A stretch of 64,000 nt of DNA from an uncultured bacterium (GTDB lineage Bacteria > Zixibacteria > MSB-5A5 > CAIYYT01): the NCBI GenBank assembly GCA_963726455.1, contig CAVSCK010000004.1, forward strand, positions 1,824,001 through 1,888,000, read 5' to 3'. The position numbers and the translations under genes are program-made. Below are positions 30,201 through 38,764 of the stretch, piece after piece (position 1 is the stretch's first letter; every line of letters begins with the position of its first letter). The notes under the pieces are model-generated. The model saw only the letters and a list, made by a program, of their open reading frames with translations. It had not been told where the DNA came from and searched no databases.

Positions 30201-33100
30201 CGCACATCTTTGATCTCGCAATTGTCAACCGTGCCGCCGGCGTTGAAGTAGCCAACACCAAGGAAGCGCGAGTTGATATTGCCCTTGCCGAGTCCGTCGA
30301 CCGTCAGATTGGAAATGTTGACCGCTACCGAATTCTCGGCAAACAAGATCGGCCTGTTAGCCGCTGACGTCATGAAGTACAACGGCAACTGCGTTGCCGG
30401 CGGCTGAATGATCGTCGAACCGATGCCGGAACCGATTAGATTCAGATTTGTGAAACCGGCAAAATGCACTTGGCCGACGTACGTTCCCGGAGCAATATTG
30501 ATAGTGCTGCCGGTTACCATATTCACGGCCTCCTGAATGCGATTGGCAGTGCCCAATTCTGGACTGTCATCATCCACCCAGAGGTTGGAGAAGTCACCGT
30601 AAAATCCGGGACCGCCGGTGTTAGACCCTGAATTCAGCCAAGGCGTATAGTCGACGGTGCCCGAAATCGAGCCCTTGATCGTTGCGGGATCAATGCTGCC
30701 CCACCAGTTGCCTGACATGTCAACGTTGAAAACTCCCCCACCCATGCTGCCGGTGCCGGCAAGTACGCTGTGGGCGGAATTTCCGCTGATATCGTTGTCA
30801 AACACCTTGAGCGAATTGGTGAAACCGGCTTCTGCAACGACATAGCAACCGTCGACGTTGTTCTTGATAAAGTTGTTAGTGAACTCCGCCGTGACGTTGC
30901 CCGAAGTATATCCCCAGATCTCAGTCGTCACATAGATGCCCGTACTGTTCGCCTTGCCCTGACCGTCGACAGTGTTATTCTTGAACTGCACGGTCACGGG
31001 AACATAAGCCCCTGCGCATGTGAGTCCCACGTCTACGTTCGTGATCGTGTTCTCCTGCACAAGTGGAGCGATATAGGGCGCAAAGACAAAGATGCCGTAA
31101 CCGTTGACAGGGCTATTGGAAATTTGGTTGCCCTGAATCAGATCGGCAGTTCCGCCGCCGTCACCGGCGTTGTCCGTGTGTACGCCGCTGCCGGAATTCG
31201 TTACGACATTGTAAAGGAACTGGACTCCCTTGGAATGATTCGAGGAAATGGCGTCGTTGCAGTCGGAGACTGTATTGTACGCCATGACGCCGGAGCCTCC
31301 GAAGTTAAACATGCCGATGGAGGCATATTCGGCCTGAACGTTCTGAATCGTGTTGTGATGGAAATTGAAAGTTCCATAGCTTGATGCGTAGATTCCTCGA
31401 AGGTAAATATTCTTCACCGTGCAATCGTGTATCTCAAGGTTATTGAAGATACCAAGTCGGTGGTCGGTAATAATACCGTTGCGTGCATCGAGGTCGGCGC
31501 CACCCACGAGGATACCGCTATTCAACCCTGGATTGTCGCCATCAAGTGTGAAACCGGAGATCGTGACGTCATTGGCCGCAACCAGCATGATCACGCTCGC
31601 GTCGGCCGGAAGTGAACCTCCGCCCGTATTGGGACCCGAGATCGCCGGATAAACAGTGACCAAAGCGGCGCCAGCGCCGTCCAAATTCACTGGCTTATCA
31701 ATGACAACGTTCTCGTAGTAGGTTCCCGCCAGAACATGCACCGTAGAACCGCTGACTGCATCGATTCCGTCCTGAATTGTCCCAAAAGCATCGTAACCAA
31801 AAAGGTAATCCGTGCTGTTTGCAGAGTTGTATGCGTCGACTTCCGCCTGACTGGTCCAAGCGGAGTTCACCCAGACTTCAGACGGATTGGAACCGAAGGA
31901 CATGGCGCTGGTGTTTTCACCTGCGATTTCGGGATAGTGCGAGAAGTCCGAGTACAACCAGGCGCCGCTAACATCCTGAGTCGCCGCGGTCCAATAGGCG
32001 CCGTGGGCAATACGGGATGCGTAGGTGGAAGGATCGTAATCGTTGAGAGACATGACTGCGTACGCAGTTGACTGCCAGTCCTCGTCGGTGGCATTCGCGC
32101 CATAACTGCCGCTGAACGCGCCGTTTGAGAATTGACTGGCTTCCAGCCGAGCCAACAGATCAGGAATCTCGCTAGTGTGAGTGTTTGATGCTCCAAATGC
32201 ATCCAACAGGCCAGTGATACCTAGTGTGTACCACCAGTAGTCCGTGTTGGCCCAGGTTGGATCCCAGCCGGCTCGGTCAACGACATCGAAGTATCCCGGA
32301 TTGTCGTTGTAGGAGTCCTGCCAAAGCACTTCGGCAATGCTGTCGGCATCGACGTCGTATGTGCCTCCGTAGCGGGCGAAAAGCATTTGCGCATCCACTG
32401 CCCAGGCGCCGATATCCCAACCAATAATACCGTTATGATAGGAGGCACCGCGGGCATCGCGGATGTAGCGCGCCAGACTGCTGGCAGAACCATAGACGGC
32501 GATTCTGGCGTCATACTTGGCCTTGGCCGCGTCTTTGTATGCCGTGCCGGATACGCCCGGCAGGTCGTTAAAGAGCAGAAGGAACTTCAGGTCGCCGGCG
32601 CTGCGGATTCCAGCGGAATCTCTCATGGTGTTGGCAGCATCCTGCATGGCCGTGAAGTAGGTCGCGTCATTGGTCTTCAGGTAAGCGTTGTAGAGTCCCA
32701 ACGCCGTGACACCGTATGTGTTCTGCGGGCTCTTTCCCGTAGTGTGGAACATGGGCGACGGCGGAGTATATACTACCCAGTCCCAACCTCCATCGTCCGG
32801 ATCATTGGGAGATTCGCTCCCACCGGAACCATTGCCGGCATTATCCTCGGTGATGTCCGCCTGCATCTTCTTGAGGTAGTTGCCGGCATTAACCAGCGCC
32901 GTCCCAAAATTAACTATGTCACCCGGCGAACCGAGAGCTGTGTTATTGGCACTGCCTGCTCTTGGCGTCGATAACGCCTGGTCGTTGGCACCGTCAAACG
33001 GTACTGCGACAGGTTTTCCGGAACCGTTGGCTGCAAAAGCCACAGCACACAGCAGGCAGACACACACTGCCATAAGAACAAATGTTCTCCGTTTACTCAT
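27206..33100 (-). CDS. 1964-aa secreted multidomain protein: alpha/alpha-toroid-like N-terminus, two right-handed beta-helix regions, cohesin-like, FN3, dockerin-like and FlgD-Ig/T9SS-type C-terminal domains
   Basis: Signal peptide; QW-like motifs (DDGGWDW, SQFSNGAF, TQDVSGAW); beta-helix starts TIQDGIDAV.GSTVHVLAGTY and IQEAVNMV.GSTINIAPGTY; PPAAPTSLVATPG...LSW; FDGSGLIATLNFRP; QNQPNPFNPETAI...KMTLMK. GGGGAGG SD. Confidence 0.8.
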   Translation of the reverse strand: MSKRRTFVLMAVCVCLLCAVAFAANGSGKPVAVPFDGANDQALSTPRAGSANNTALGSPGDIVNFGTALVNAGNYLKKMQADITEDNAGNGSGGSESPNDPDDGGWDWVVYTPPSPMFHTTGKSPQNTYGVTALGLYNAYLKTNDATYFTAMQDAANTMRDSAGIRSAGDLKFLLLFNDLPGVSGTAYKDAAKAKYDARIAVYGSASSLARYIRDARGASYHNGIIGWDIGAWAVDAQMLFARYGGTYDVDADSIAEVLWQDSYNDNPGYFDVVDRAGWDPTWANTDYWWYTLGITGLLDAFGASNTHTSEIPDLLARLEASQFSNGAFSGSYGANATDEDWQSTAYAVMSLNDYDPSTYASRIAHGAYWTAATQDVSGAWLYSDFSHYPEIAGENTSAMSFGSNPSEVWVNSAWTSQAEVDAYNSANSTDYLFGYDAFGTIQDGIDAVSGSTVHVLAGTYYENVVIDKPVNLDGAGAALVTVYPAISGPNTGGGSLPADASVIMLVAANDVTISGFTLDGDNPGLNSGILVGGADLDARNGIITDHRLGIFNNLEIHDCTVKNIYLRGIYASSYGTFNFHHNTIQNVQAEYASIGMFNFGGSGVMAYNTVSDCNDAISSNHSKGVQFLYNVVTNSGSGVHTDNAGDGGGTADLIQGNQISNSPVNGYGIFVFAPYIAPLVQENTITNVDVGLTCAGAYVPVTVQFKNNTVDGQGKANSTGIYVTTEIWGYTSGNVTAEFTNNFIKNNVDGCYVVAEAGFTNSLKVFDNDISGNSAHSVLAGTGSMGGGVFNVDMSGNWWGSIDPATIKGSISGTVDYTPWLNSGSNTGGPGFYGDFSNLWVDDDSPELGTANRIQEAVNMVTGSTINIAPGTYVGQVHFAGFTNLNLIGSGIGSTIIQPPATQLPLYFMTSAANRPILFAENSVAVNISNLTVDGLGKGNINSRFLGVGYFNAGGTVDNCEIKDVRDTPIGGGQHGIGLYAYTTALPQRIVNVNASHVYGFQKGGITINGAYTTGNVAGCNIDGYGPAGFIAMNGVQLGFGTLGTVVNNQISGCSYTGPGWSSAGVLLYNDPPITGGILVRSNLIEECQIGINYLQVGGTIDQNTVTATPAGTGITSYWNIVADPGQGPGRQPKAQPFDVDLAAKSAGSNTVLSPMSITTLASNNILDGGGGGYGLEADAYAPEVLNFSATGNRLTNFEVGLVLWEESGATLTSNVTSNTMLFNGTGMYNEGGYVSAQYNVFANGTNASDLTAGNYYANNCYSDYNGIPPYNIGGGGGNVDNNPSSDCGLNMTPDNILYHCSGDFTVTVALGAAVTDLEAANIHIEYPAELNVVDVVSASSNYFVAFTQTNHAAGEKDTLKVNLGVLTGSQDGPADLFTITMNGSTSVCAANQLAMIYGDLRDGANNQIPAPLASPTTFVADCADPDVVVSSPANNGFFNVAPVLNLTATDDCDLSALYYQIDGCVAANWLPIASGLTGTTYNTVWTVPGFDGMSEAEHCVRLKVMDDNGRGNADSCTYTWCFTKDITPPAAPTSLVATPGHNKVNLSWTNASSDFDHAVIMRTDWYAGGHGYPEYDDANAEGPYPTTPLTGDEVYSGTGVTHADVLDVSNDTRDVYHYAAFTIDKAGNFSVPSNGARSTSYWLGDVATAYDGQVYFTDLMTFSSTYGLNQGDAGYNNEADFGPTHNYSPKGIPLTDSRVEFEDLAIFAINFDAVTPSAKDRPILTGTPIELKPALRLIERMVGNTFQVDLYLDNRDNLAKALIGEISFSADRLQYLSTTESADLANSTSPIFFKELSSAGKVSVSTAVLGAGRTFDGSGLIATLNFRPLVSGKVEVAMTRADIRDKDNKFLLSTDVPFPNHDATAMVDLPATYEVAQNQPNPFNPETAINYGLPTATDVSIRIYNVVGQLVKELVNEYQPAGMHRVVWNGTNTYGEKVASGIYFYRFETSDYQKTVKMTLMK

Positions 33101-33777
33101 GAAATAATTCCTCCCCTAGATTGTCTCTGGTAGGTAACCAGTTGCTTGGTGAAGTAGCTGAAACAAACGTTTCTTCCGCCTGTTTCCCGACTTCCATTCT
33201 TTCTTCTTCGTAAGGACTCAATAGCGCAGTAAGTTAGGTTGGTACGCCTCCGAGTTGATGGATGTAATAGTAAGACCCCTTGTTGACCTGCCACCACACG
33301 TAGCCGAACTAGTGCTCGAAATTCACCTCCTGTGATTTGACTGAATCACGGCCAAACGGCCAATTGGACGCGAGACTCTGGAACCTTGCTAAGAACCGGC
33401 TGAGTATGCCCTGAACAGTGGTGGACGATAGGCGTCAATTCAACGACTTAGTGCTTATCCGTTCCCCAACCACCCTTTAACACATTGATGAAACCACTGG
33501 CATTGTTAAGCTTCTATGTTATCTAATATGACCCGAAATCTCCATTCGTCAACAGGCACCGTTGCGACAATACTACTCCCTTACTGCGTACATGGTGTAC
33601 GTATTGCGCCCGGTACCATGATCCCGCCGCACGGGCAAAGATGGTATCCGATTGCCAGATTTCCGGTTGCATCGTCTTTCTTTTCGCTACGGCAGTTGCA
33701 GCGTCAGTGATTTAGTTGCAGAACGTAACCTCATTTGTAATTTGTCGTATCGAATAGTAACGAAAGGAAGTCAAAAT

Positions 33778-35637
33778 ATGAAGATTCGTGAAATGAGCAT
33801 GATTGCACTACTGTCGATCGTCCTTGCTGCCGTGAGCTCGATCGGGGCGAGCACCTTACGGGATCCCTACGAGATACTCAAGCACAACTTCGATGCCAAC
33901 GGCGGATTGACCCACATCAGGGCTGAGAAGTCGCAATACATTGAAGGGACTATAGCGTTGGCTGGCCTGAATGGCACGCTCAAAACCTGGACTCAGAAAC
34001 CGGACCGCAGTCGAACCGAGGTCAATCTGAAGGTATTCAAACAGGTGCAGGGTGACAACGGCGTTTACCAGTGGGTGCTGGATTCGAACGGCAAATTGCA
34101 GAAGATCACGACGTTTGATGAAGTCACAAAAAAGCGACGGGAAGTGAAGCGACTCCTTGACGACTACGACTACGCCGATCCCCAATCGAAAGTGTTCAAA
34201 GTCGCGCTAGCAGGGATTCAAAAGGTTCAGAACAATGATTGCTACGTTATTCAAATCACCAACAATCTGACCGAAGACAAATATACGAGCTTTATTGACA
34301 CGGTGACATTTTTGGTAGACAAAACGGTCACGATCGAAGGTGAGGACACGCGAGAAACCGTCAACGAAGACTACCGCAATATCAACGGGCTAATGGTTCC
34401 TTTCAAGATAACGGAGACCACCGTAAATATCGGTCAAACTCAAGTGATCGAGCTTACCAAGTACGAGTCCAACCCGCAGATTGACTCGACCGTTTTCGAG
34501 GCGCCGGCGGAAGGCGCCAAGGACTATCGTTTCTCCAACGGCCAGAGCGCTGAGAACATACCCTTTCACTTTATCGAGAATCATGTTTTCCTGCCGGTGG
34601 TTGTGTCCTGTATGGAGCGCTCATGGGTATTGGATACCGGCGCGGGCATGTCGGTGATTTCTCAGGAATTTGCAGACGAGTTGGGGCTGAAACTCGAAGG
34701 GGATATGAAAGGTAAGGGAGCCGGTGGAACGGTCAACGTCAAGTTCGCCACGCTTCCTCCATTTCAACTCCGCGGGATCGAATTTGATGGGCAGAAGGTC
34801 GCAGTTATCGATATGAAAGACCTGAATCGTGCCATCGGGTTCTACTGCGCCGGCATACTCGGATTTGATTTCCTGTCGCGATTCGTGACGAAAGTTGATT
34901 ATTCCAAAGAACTGTTGTCCTTCTACGATCCGGAGACTTTCAAATACACGGGTAGCGGCAATGAAGTGCCCATGCACGTGAAAGAAGGCGTCTTTGCAGT
35001 CGATGCAACCCTTGATAGCGCGCACACCGGGAGCTGGCTGTTCGATGTGGGAGCGTCAGTCACAAGTTTGGATGGGACGTACGCGGGGAGGCAGGGATTC
35101 AACGGAAGAAAGGCAGTGGAAAGCATGGGACGCGGCGCCGGTGCGACATTCCGCACGAAGCTCGTCAAGTGCAAACGCTTTGACTTCGCGGGGTTTACTA
35201 TCGACAACCCCATCATAAGCTTCGAGACATCCAACATCGACACTGCGGTACACACCGATGAAATCGGCGCGCTGGGCAATACGTTGTTTCGGAATTTCGT
35301 GATCTATGCTGACTATGCGCACGAACGGCTATTTGTCGAAAAGGGCGACAACTTTAACCGACCGTATCCGCGCGACAATTCCGGTCTGCAGTTTATCCTG
35401 GGCGACAAAGATCAGACGGAAGTACTTTTTGTCGCGCCCGGGACGCCGGCAGCCACCTCAGGAATTCAAGCCGGCGACATTGTCCAACGCGTAAATGGAA
35501 TCGAGGTGCAGAACCTGGGCGGACTGAATGCCATTCGGTCCATGCTCAAAGACAAACCGGGAACGGAATATTCCTTCACCGTCCACCGCGGCGGAAACGA
35601 GAAGACTTTCCGGTTGAGACTGGCGGAACTGCTCTAG
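33778..35637 (+). CDS. Secreted retropepsin-like aspartyl protease with a C-terminal PDZ domain
   Basis: AAGGAAG SD before the ATG at 33778; signal peptide; VLDTGAG, GILGFDFL, LFDVGAS and GALGNTLF; PDZ motif PGTPAA.SGIQAGDIV..VNG. Confidence 0.85.
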   Translation: MKIREMSMIALLSIVLAAVSSIGASTLRDPYEILKHNFDANGGLTHIRAEKSQYIEGTIALAGLNGTLKTWTQKPDRSRTEVNLKVFKQVQGDNGVYQWVLDSNGKLQKITTFDEVTKKRREVKRLLDDYDYADPQSKVFKVALAGIQKVQNNDCYVIQITNNLTEDKYTSFIDTVTFLVDKTVTIEGEDTRETVNEDYRNINGLMVPFKITETTVNIGQTQVIELTKYESNPQIDSTVFEAPAEGAKDYRFSNGQSAENIPFHFIENHVFLPVVVSCMERSWVLDTGAGMSVISQEFADELGLKLEGDMKGKGAGGTVNVKFATLPPFQLRGIEFDGQKVAVIDMKDLNRAIGFYCAGILGFDFLSRFVTKVDYSKELLSFYDPETFKYTGSGNEVPMHVKEGVFAVDATLDSAHTGSWLFDVGASVTSLDGTYAGRQGFNGRKAVESMGRGAGATFRTKLVKCKRFDFAGFTIDNPIISFETSNIDTAVHTDEIGALGNTLFRNFVIYADYAHERLFVEKGDNFNRPYPRDNSGLQFILGDKDQTEVLFVAPGTPAATSGIQAGDIVQRVNGIEVQNLGGLNAIRSMLKDKPGTEYSFTVHRGGNEKTFRLRLAELL

Positions 35638-35823
35638 CAAGCAGACTGACCTTACGGCGGCCAACCCAAGACGACTTCGTTTCCCTCGGGAATTTCCGAC
35701 TGAGTCAGTGTAGTGGCTCCCCGATTAGCATCGACCTGAATCATAAGATTGGCCGAGACACAGGCAGCGACGAAGACAGCCAGATACCGCTGTTAATGAG
35801 AAATCAGGGGCGTTGAAATCATG

Positions 35824-35912
35824 CGGAGAGGCAGGGATTCGAACCCTGGAGACCTTTATGGGGCCTACACACTTTCCAGGCGTGCTCCTTCAGCCAGCTC
35901 GGACACCTCTCC
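35824..35912 (-). tRNA. tRNA-Ser (anticodon GGA), CCA not encoded
   Basis: Minus strand GGAGAGG...CCTCTCC-G acceptor stem, anticodon arm CACGC-CTGGAAA-GTGTG, long variable arm, and T-loop GTTCGAATC. Confidence 0.95.
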
Positions 35913-36164
35913 GGCAGAGCCCCCAATTTAGCCGCAGAATCACAAAATGCAACCGTTTCTTTGCTCTCCGGCAATTGCGCCACGCTCAAGAATGGAGTGG
36001 TTGCGGTTACAGAGCTACTCACTGAATTCAGAATAGCAACGCATTGTAAGCGCCCGAGTCGATCCTGACCTAGACCTTGACAGATTCGAACGACTGCCTA
36101 TATTGTAATCGTCTTAACACAAAGTCGTGCCTGATTGCACACACCAAAGAATGAGGATATCCAA

Positions 36165-38426
36165 ATGAGCACGTTTGCATATTGGGGGAAGCAGTGTCTT
36201 TATCGCACGCTGTTACTTGTAACCATTTTGACCATTGGCGCAATTCTATCTCTTGCTCAGACGACTCTCGCATTGAATCTGGCGGCTCGCACACCATTAA
36301 AGAATATCTCGCTATATACTGCCGACGGATTTGAGCATCGGCTGATTGTAAAGTTCAGCGACGAATACCTAATGCGCGCGCTCGCCGACGGCACTCTCTC
36401 TTCGCTGCAACGTCTTGATATCAGCGAGTTCTCACGACTCGTTACGGCACGGCAATTGCGATTTCAACAGCTCATCAATCTGGCCGATGACAAGATAGAC
36501 CTGCTCGAAAATCGCGCCGCGGAGATGTCCGGAATCGCGCAACCAGACTTGCGAGGCATGATGGTTGTCCTTTGTTCCGACACGACTGTCGCCGGACTGA
36601 TATCCCTGGCACGCGAAATTCAACAGCGACCCGAGGTGGAATGGGCCTACATCCAAAACCTCGGCGTACCGCCTCCCACGGACATACCACCGACAACACC
36701 GGACTACGTGTCTCTTCAGACCTATCGCGGCGCCGATCCCGGCATGAACGTCGACTATCTGTGGAGCCGCGGCGGCAAAGGTCAGGGCATTCGTTTTTCC
36801 GACTGCGAATATGGCTGGGTCGCTACTCATGAAGACTTAAATGATATTGATCTTCATCGCGAGCCGGGGCAGACGCCGGATCCAAGCGTGCATACCAACG
36901 GCTGGGACGAGCACGGCACCGCCGCTGTCGGTATTGCCGCCGCGCCCGCCAACGGTTACGGCATCAACGGCATTGCCCCCATGACAACAGTCTATACTTA
37001 TCCGGAATTCACCGTCGAGGGTGGCTTTCGGCGCAATACCTGCATCGCTCACGCCATTGCCAATTCTTCGCCAGGAGACGTCGTTCTTTTAGAGATGCAA
37101 GCCGGTGGACCGGGTGGCGGATACTGCCCTGCCGAGTACGATCCCTCAGTATGGACAACCGTCAAGACCGGAACCGATGCCGGTGTAATCGTAGTTGCGG
37201 CTGCCGGCAACGGCTCGCAGGACTTGGACAGCGGCCCGTATGCCGAATATCGCAGTCGCGGTGACAGCAAGGCCATTATCATTGGCGCCGGCAGTTCGGA
37301 CACGCTGCATGTGCCCACCGATTTCACTACTTACGGTTCGCGCGTGAATGTTCATGCGTACGGCTGGAATGCCTTCTCCCTGGGGTATGGCGATTACGAC
37401 GAAATCGGCGGAGATCCAAATCAGCGATACACCTGGTTCAGCGGCACGAGTTCAGCATCGGCGTTGGTTGCTCCTTCCTGCGTGGCGCTACAGTCACAGG
37501 CGGTCAAAATCCTGGGGCGTCGGCTTACCCCGCTGGAAATGCGCCAATTGCTTATGGACACCGGAATCCCGCAAGGACCGGGCGTCCATATCGGCCCGGC
37601 ATTGAATCTGAAAGAAGCATCCGCGCGACTCTGCGGATTTCTGGTCAGTCCGACGGATGCGGACACTGACGGCGTGGCGGACTCCTGCGACAACTGCCGT
37701 ACTGTCGCCAACGCTGATCAAAACGATGCCGATCTTGATGGCCTGGGTGACGCTTGCGATGCCGACATCGATAACGACGGAATACTAAATGCGCAGGACA
37801 ACTGCCCGTATGTCACCAACATCGATCAGCACAATAGCGATTCGGATTCACTTGGAGACGCCTGTGATAACTGCCCTCTGGTTGCCAATCCCGAACAATA
37901 CGACGAAAACCATGACGGAGTCGGCGATGCATGCGACGGACTTCTGCACATCGAAGCATACGATCTGCCTCACGGGTTGTTTAATCTCCCGTATTCGTAC
38001 CAATTCTGGGCAGTCGGCGGCACGCCGCCGTATACCTGGGAATTCATCGGCGGTGACCTTCCTTACGGTCTCGTATTCAACGGCGGCGCAGGCGGAACAT
38101 TGACCGGCACTCCTACTTATAAGGCGACCTTCTACTTTACCATTTACTGTCAGGACTCCGGGACGCCGTTCAAGTCTGACGTCTTTGATGTGACTATGAC
38201 TATTACCGATCCGCCCTATGTCTGCGGTGATGCCGACGGCAGTCGCAACATCGACATTTCCGACGCGGTCTATCTCATCGCCTATATTTTCTCCGGTGGT
38301 CCCGCGCCGAGTCCGGTGCCGGCGGGTGATGCCTCGTGCGACGGCGGCGTGGATATCTCTGATGCAGTCTACTTGATCGCTTACATCTTCAGCGGCGGTC
38401 CGGCTCCCTGCCAGATGTGCAAGTAG
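36165..38426 (+). CDS. S8 (subtilisin-like) serine peptidase with TSP3 repeats, an Ig-like domain and a C-terminal dockerin-like domain
   Basis: Triad motifs SDCEYG, HGTAAVG and SGTSSAS; oxyanion AAGNG; D.D.DG.GD.CDNC repeats; GGTPPYTW; duplicated GDA....[26 protein letters not shown] before the ATG at 36165. Confidence 0.88.
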   Translation: MSTFAYWGKQCLYRTLLLVTILTIGAILSLAQTTLALNLAARTPLKNISLYTADGFEHRLIVKFSDEYLMRALADGTLSSLQRLDISEFSRLVTARQLRFQQLINLADDKIDLLENRAAEMSGIAQPDLRGMMVVLCSDTTVAGLISLAREIQQRPEVEWAYIQNLGVPPPTDIPPTTPDYVSLQTYRGADPGMNVDYLWSRGGKGQGIRFSDCEYGWVATHEDLNDIDLHREPGQTPDPSVHTNGWDEHGTAAVGIAAAPANGYGINGIAPMTTVYTYPEFTVEGGFRRNTCIAHAIANSSPGDVVLLEMQAGGPGGGYCPAEYDPSVWTTVKTGTDAGVIVVAAAGNGSQDLDSGPYAEYRSRGDSKAIIIGAGSSDTLHVPTDFTTYGSRVNVHAYGWNAFSLGYGDYDEIGGDPNQRYTWFSGTSSASALVAPSCVALQSQAVKILGRRLTPLEMRQLLMDTGIPQGPGVHIGPALNLKEASARLCGFLVSPTDADTDGVADSCDNCRTVANADQNDADLDGLGDACDADIDNDGILNAQDNCPYVTNIDQHNSDSDSLGDACDNCPLVANPEQYDENHDGVGDACDGLLHIEAYDLPHGLFNLPYSYQFWAVGGTPPYTWEFIGGDLPYGLVFNGGAGGTLTGTPTYKATFYFTIYCQDSGTPFKSDVFDVTMTITDPPYVCGDADGSRNIDISDAVYLIAYIFSGGPAPSPVPAGDASCDGGVDISDAVYLIAYIFSGGPAPCQMCK

Positions 38427-38669
38427 GCAGTCGATGACGGAAGCGTATCGCCACCGTAACCGTGCGAGATAATGTGGTGGAGGATGACGGGTATTAGTAG
38501 CTAGAGAGAGTCTGTCCTGCCACTGCCGGCGTTCGCCGTTGAGCGCTCCTACCGAGTAGCCCACTTTAGTGCTATCCTTAATCGAAATATGCACTTAACC
38601 AAGGTAGACCGACACTGATAAGGCGGTCGCCAGGTACGTGATTCCGCTCTCCTGAACTCAAAATAGTGT

Positions 38670-38697
38670 TTGACTCTCCCGGCGCTGGGATTATATT
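38670..38697 (+). promoter_or_regulatory. Candidate sigma70 promoter for secDF
   Basis: TTGACT-N16-TATATT about 70 nt upstream of secD. Confidence 0.4.
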
Positions 38698-38764
38698 TAC
38701 CGACTCGCTGCCGCAATGGCGGCAGAACTTTTTCGCTTACCATTGACGGAGGATTTTTTCTATT

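Noticed and set aside
33350-33410. Loose resemblance to a c-di-GMP-I riboswitch (GGCCAAAC...GGACGCGAGAC)
   Set aside because: It lacks the GNRA-capped P2 stem and the conserved GCAAA motifs; not supportable without an Infernal search.
21448-35912. Genomic island integrated at tRNA-Ser
   Set aside because: No integrase, transposase or att duplication found, and no obvious compositional shift by eye.
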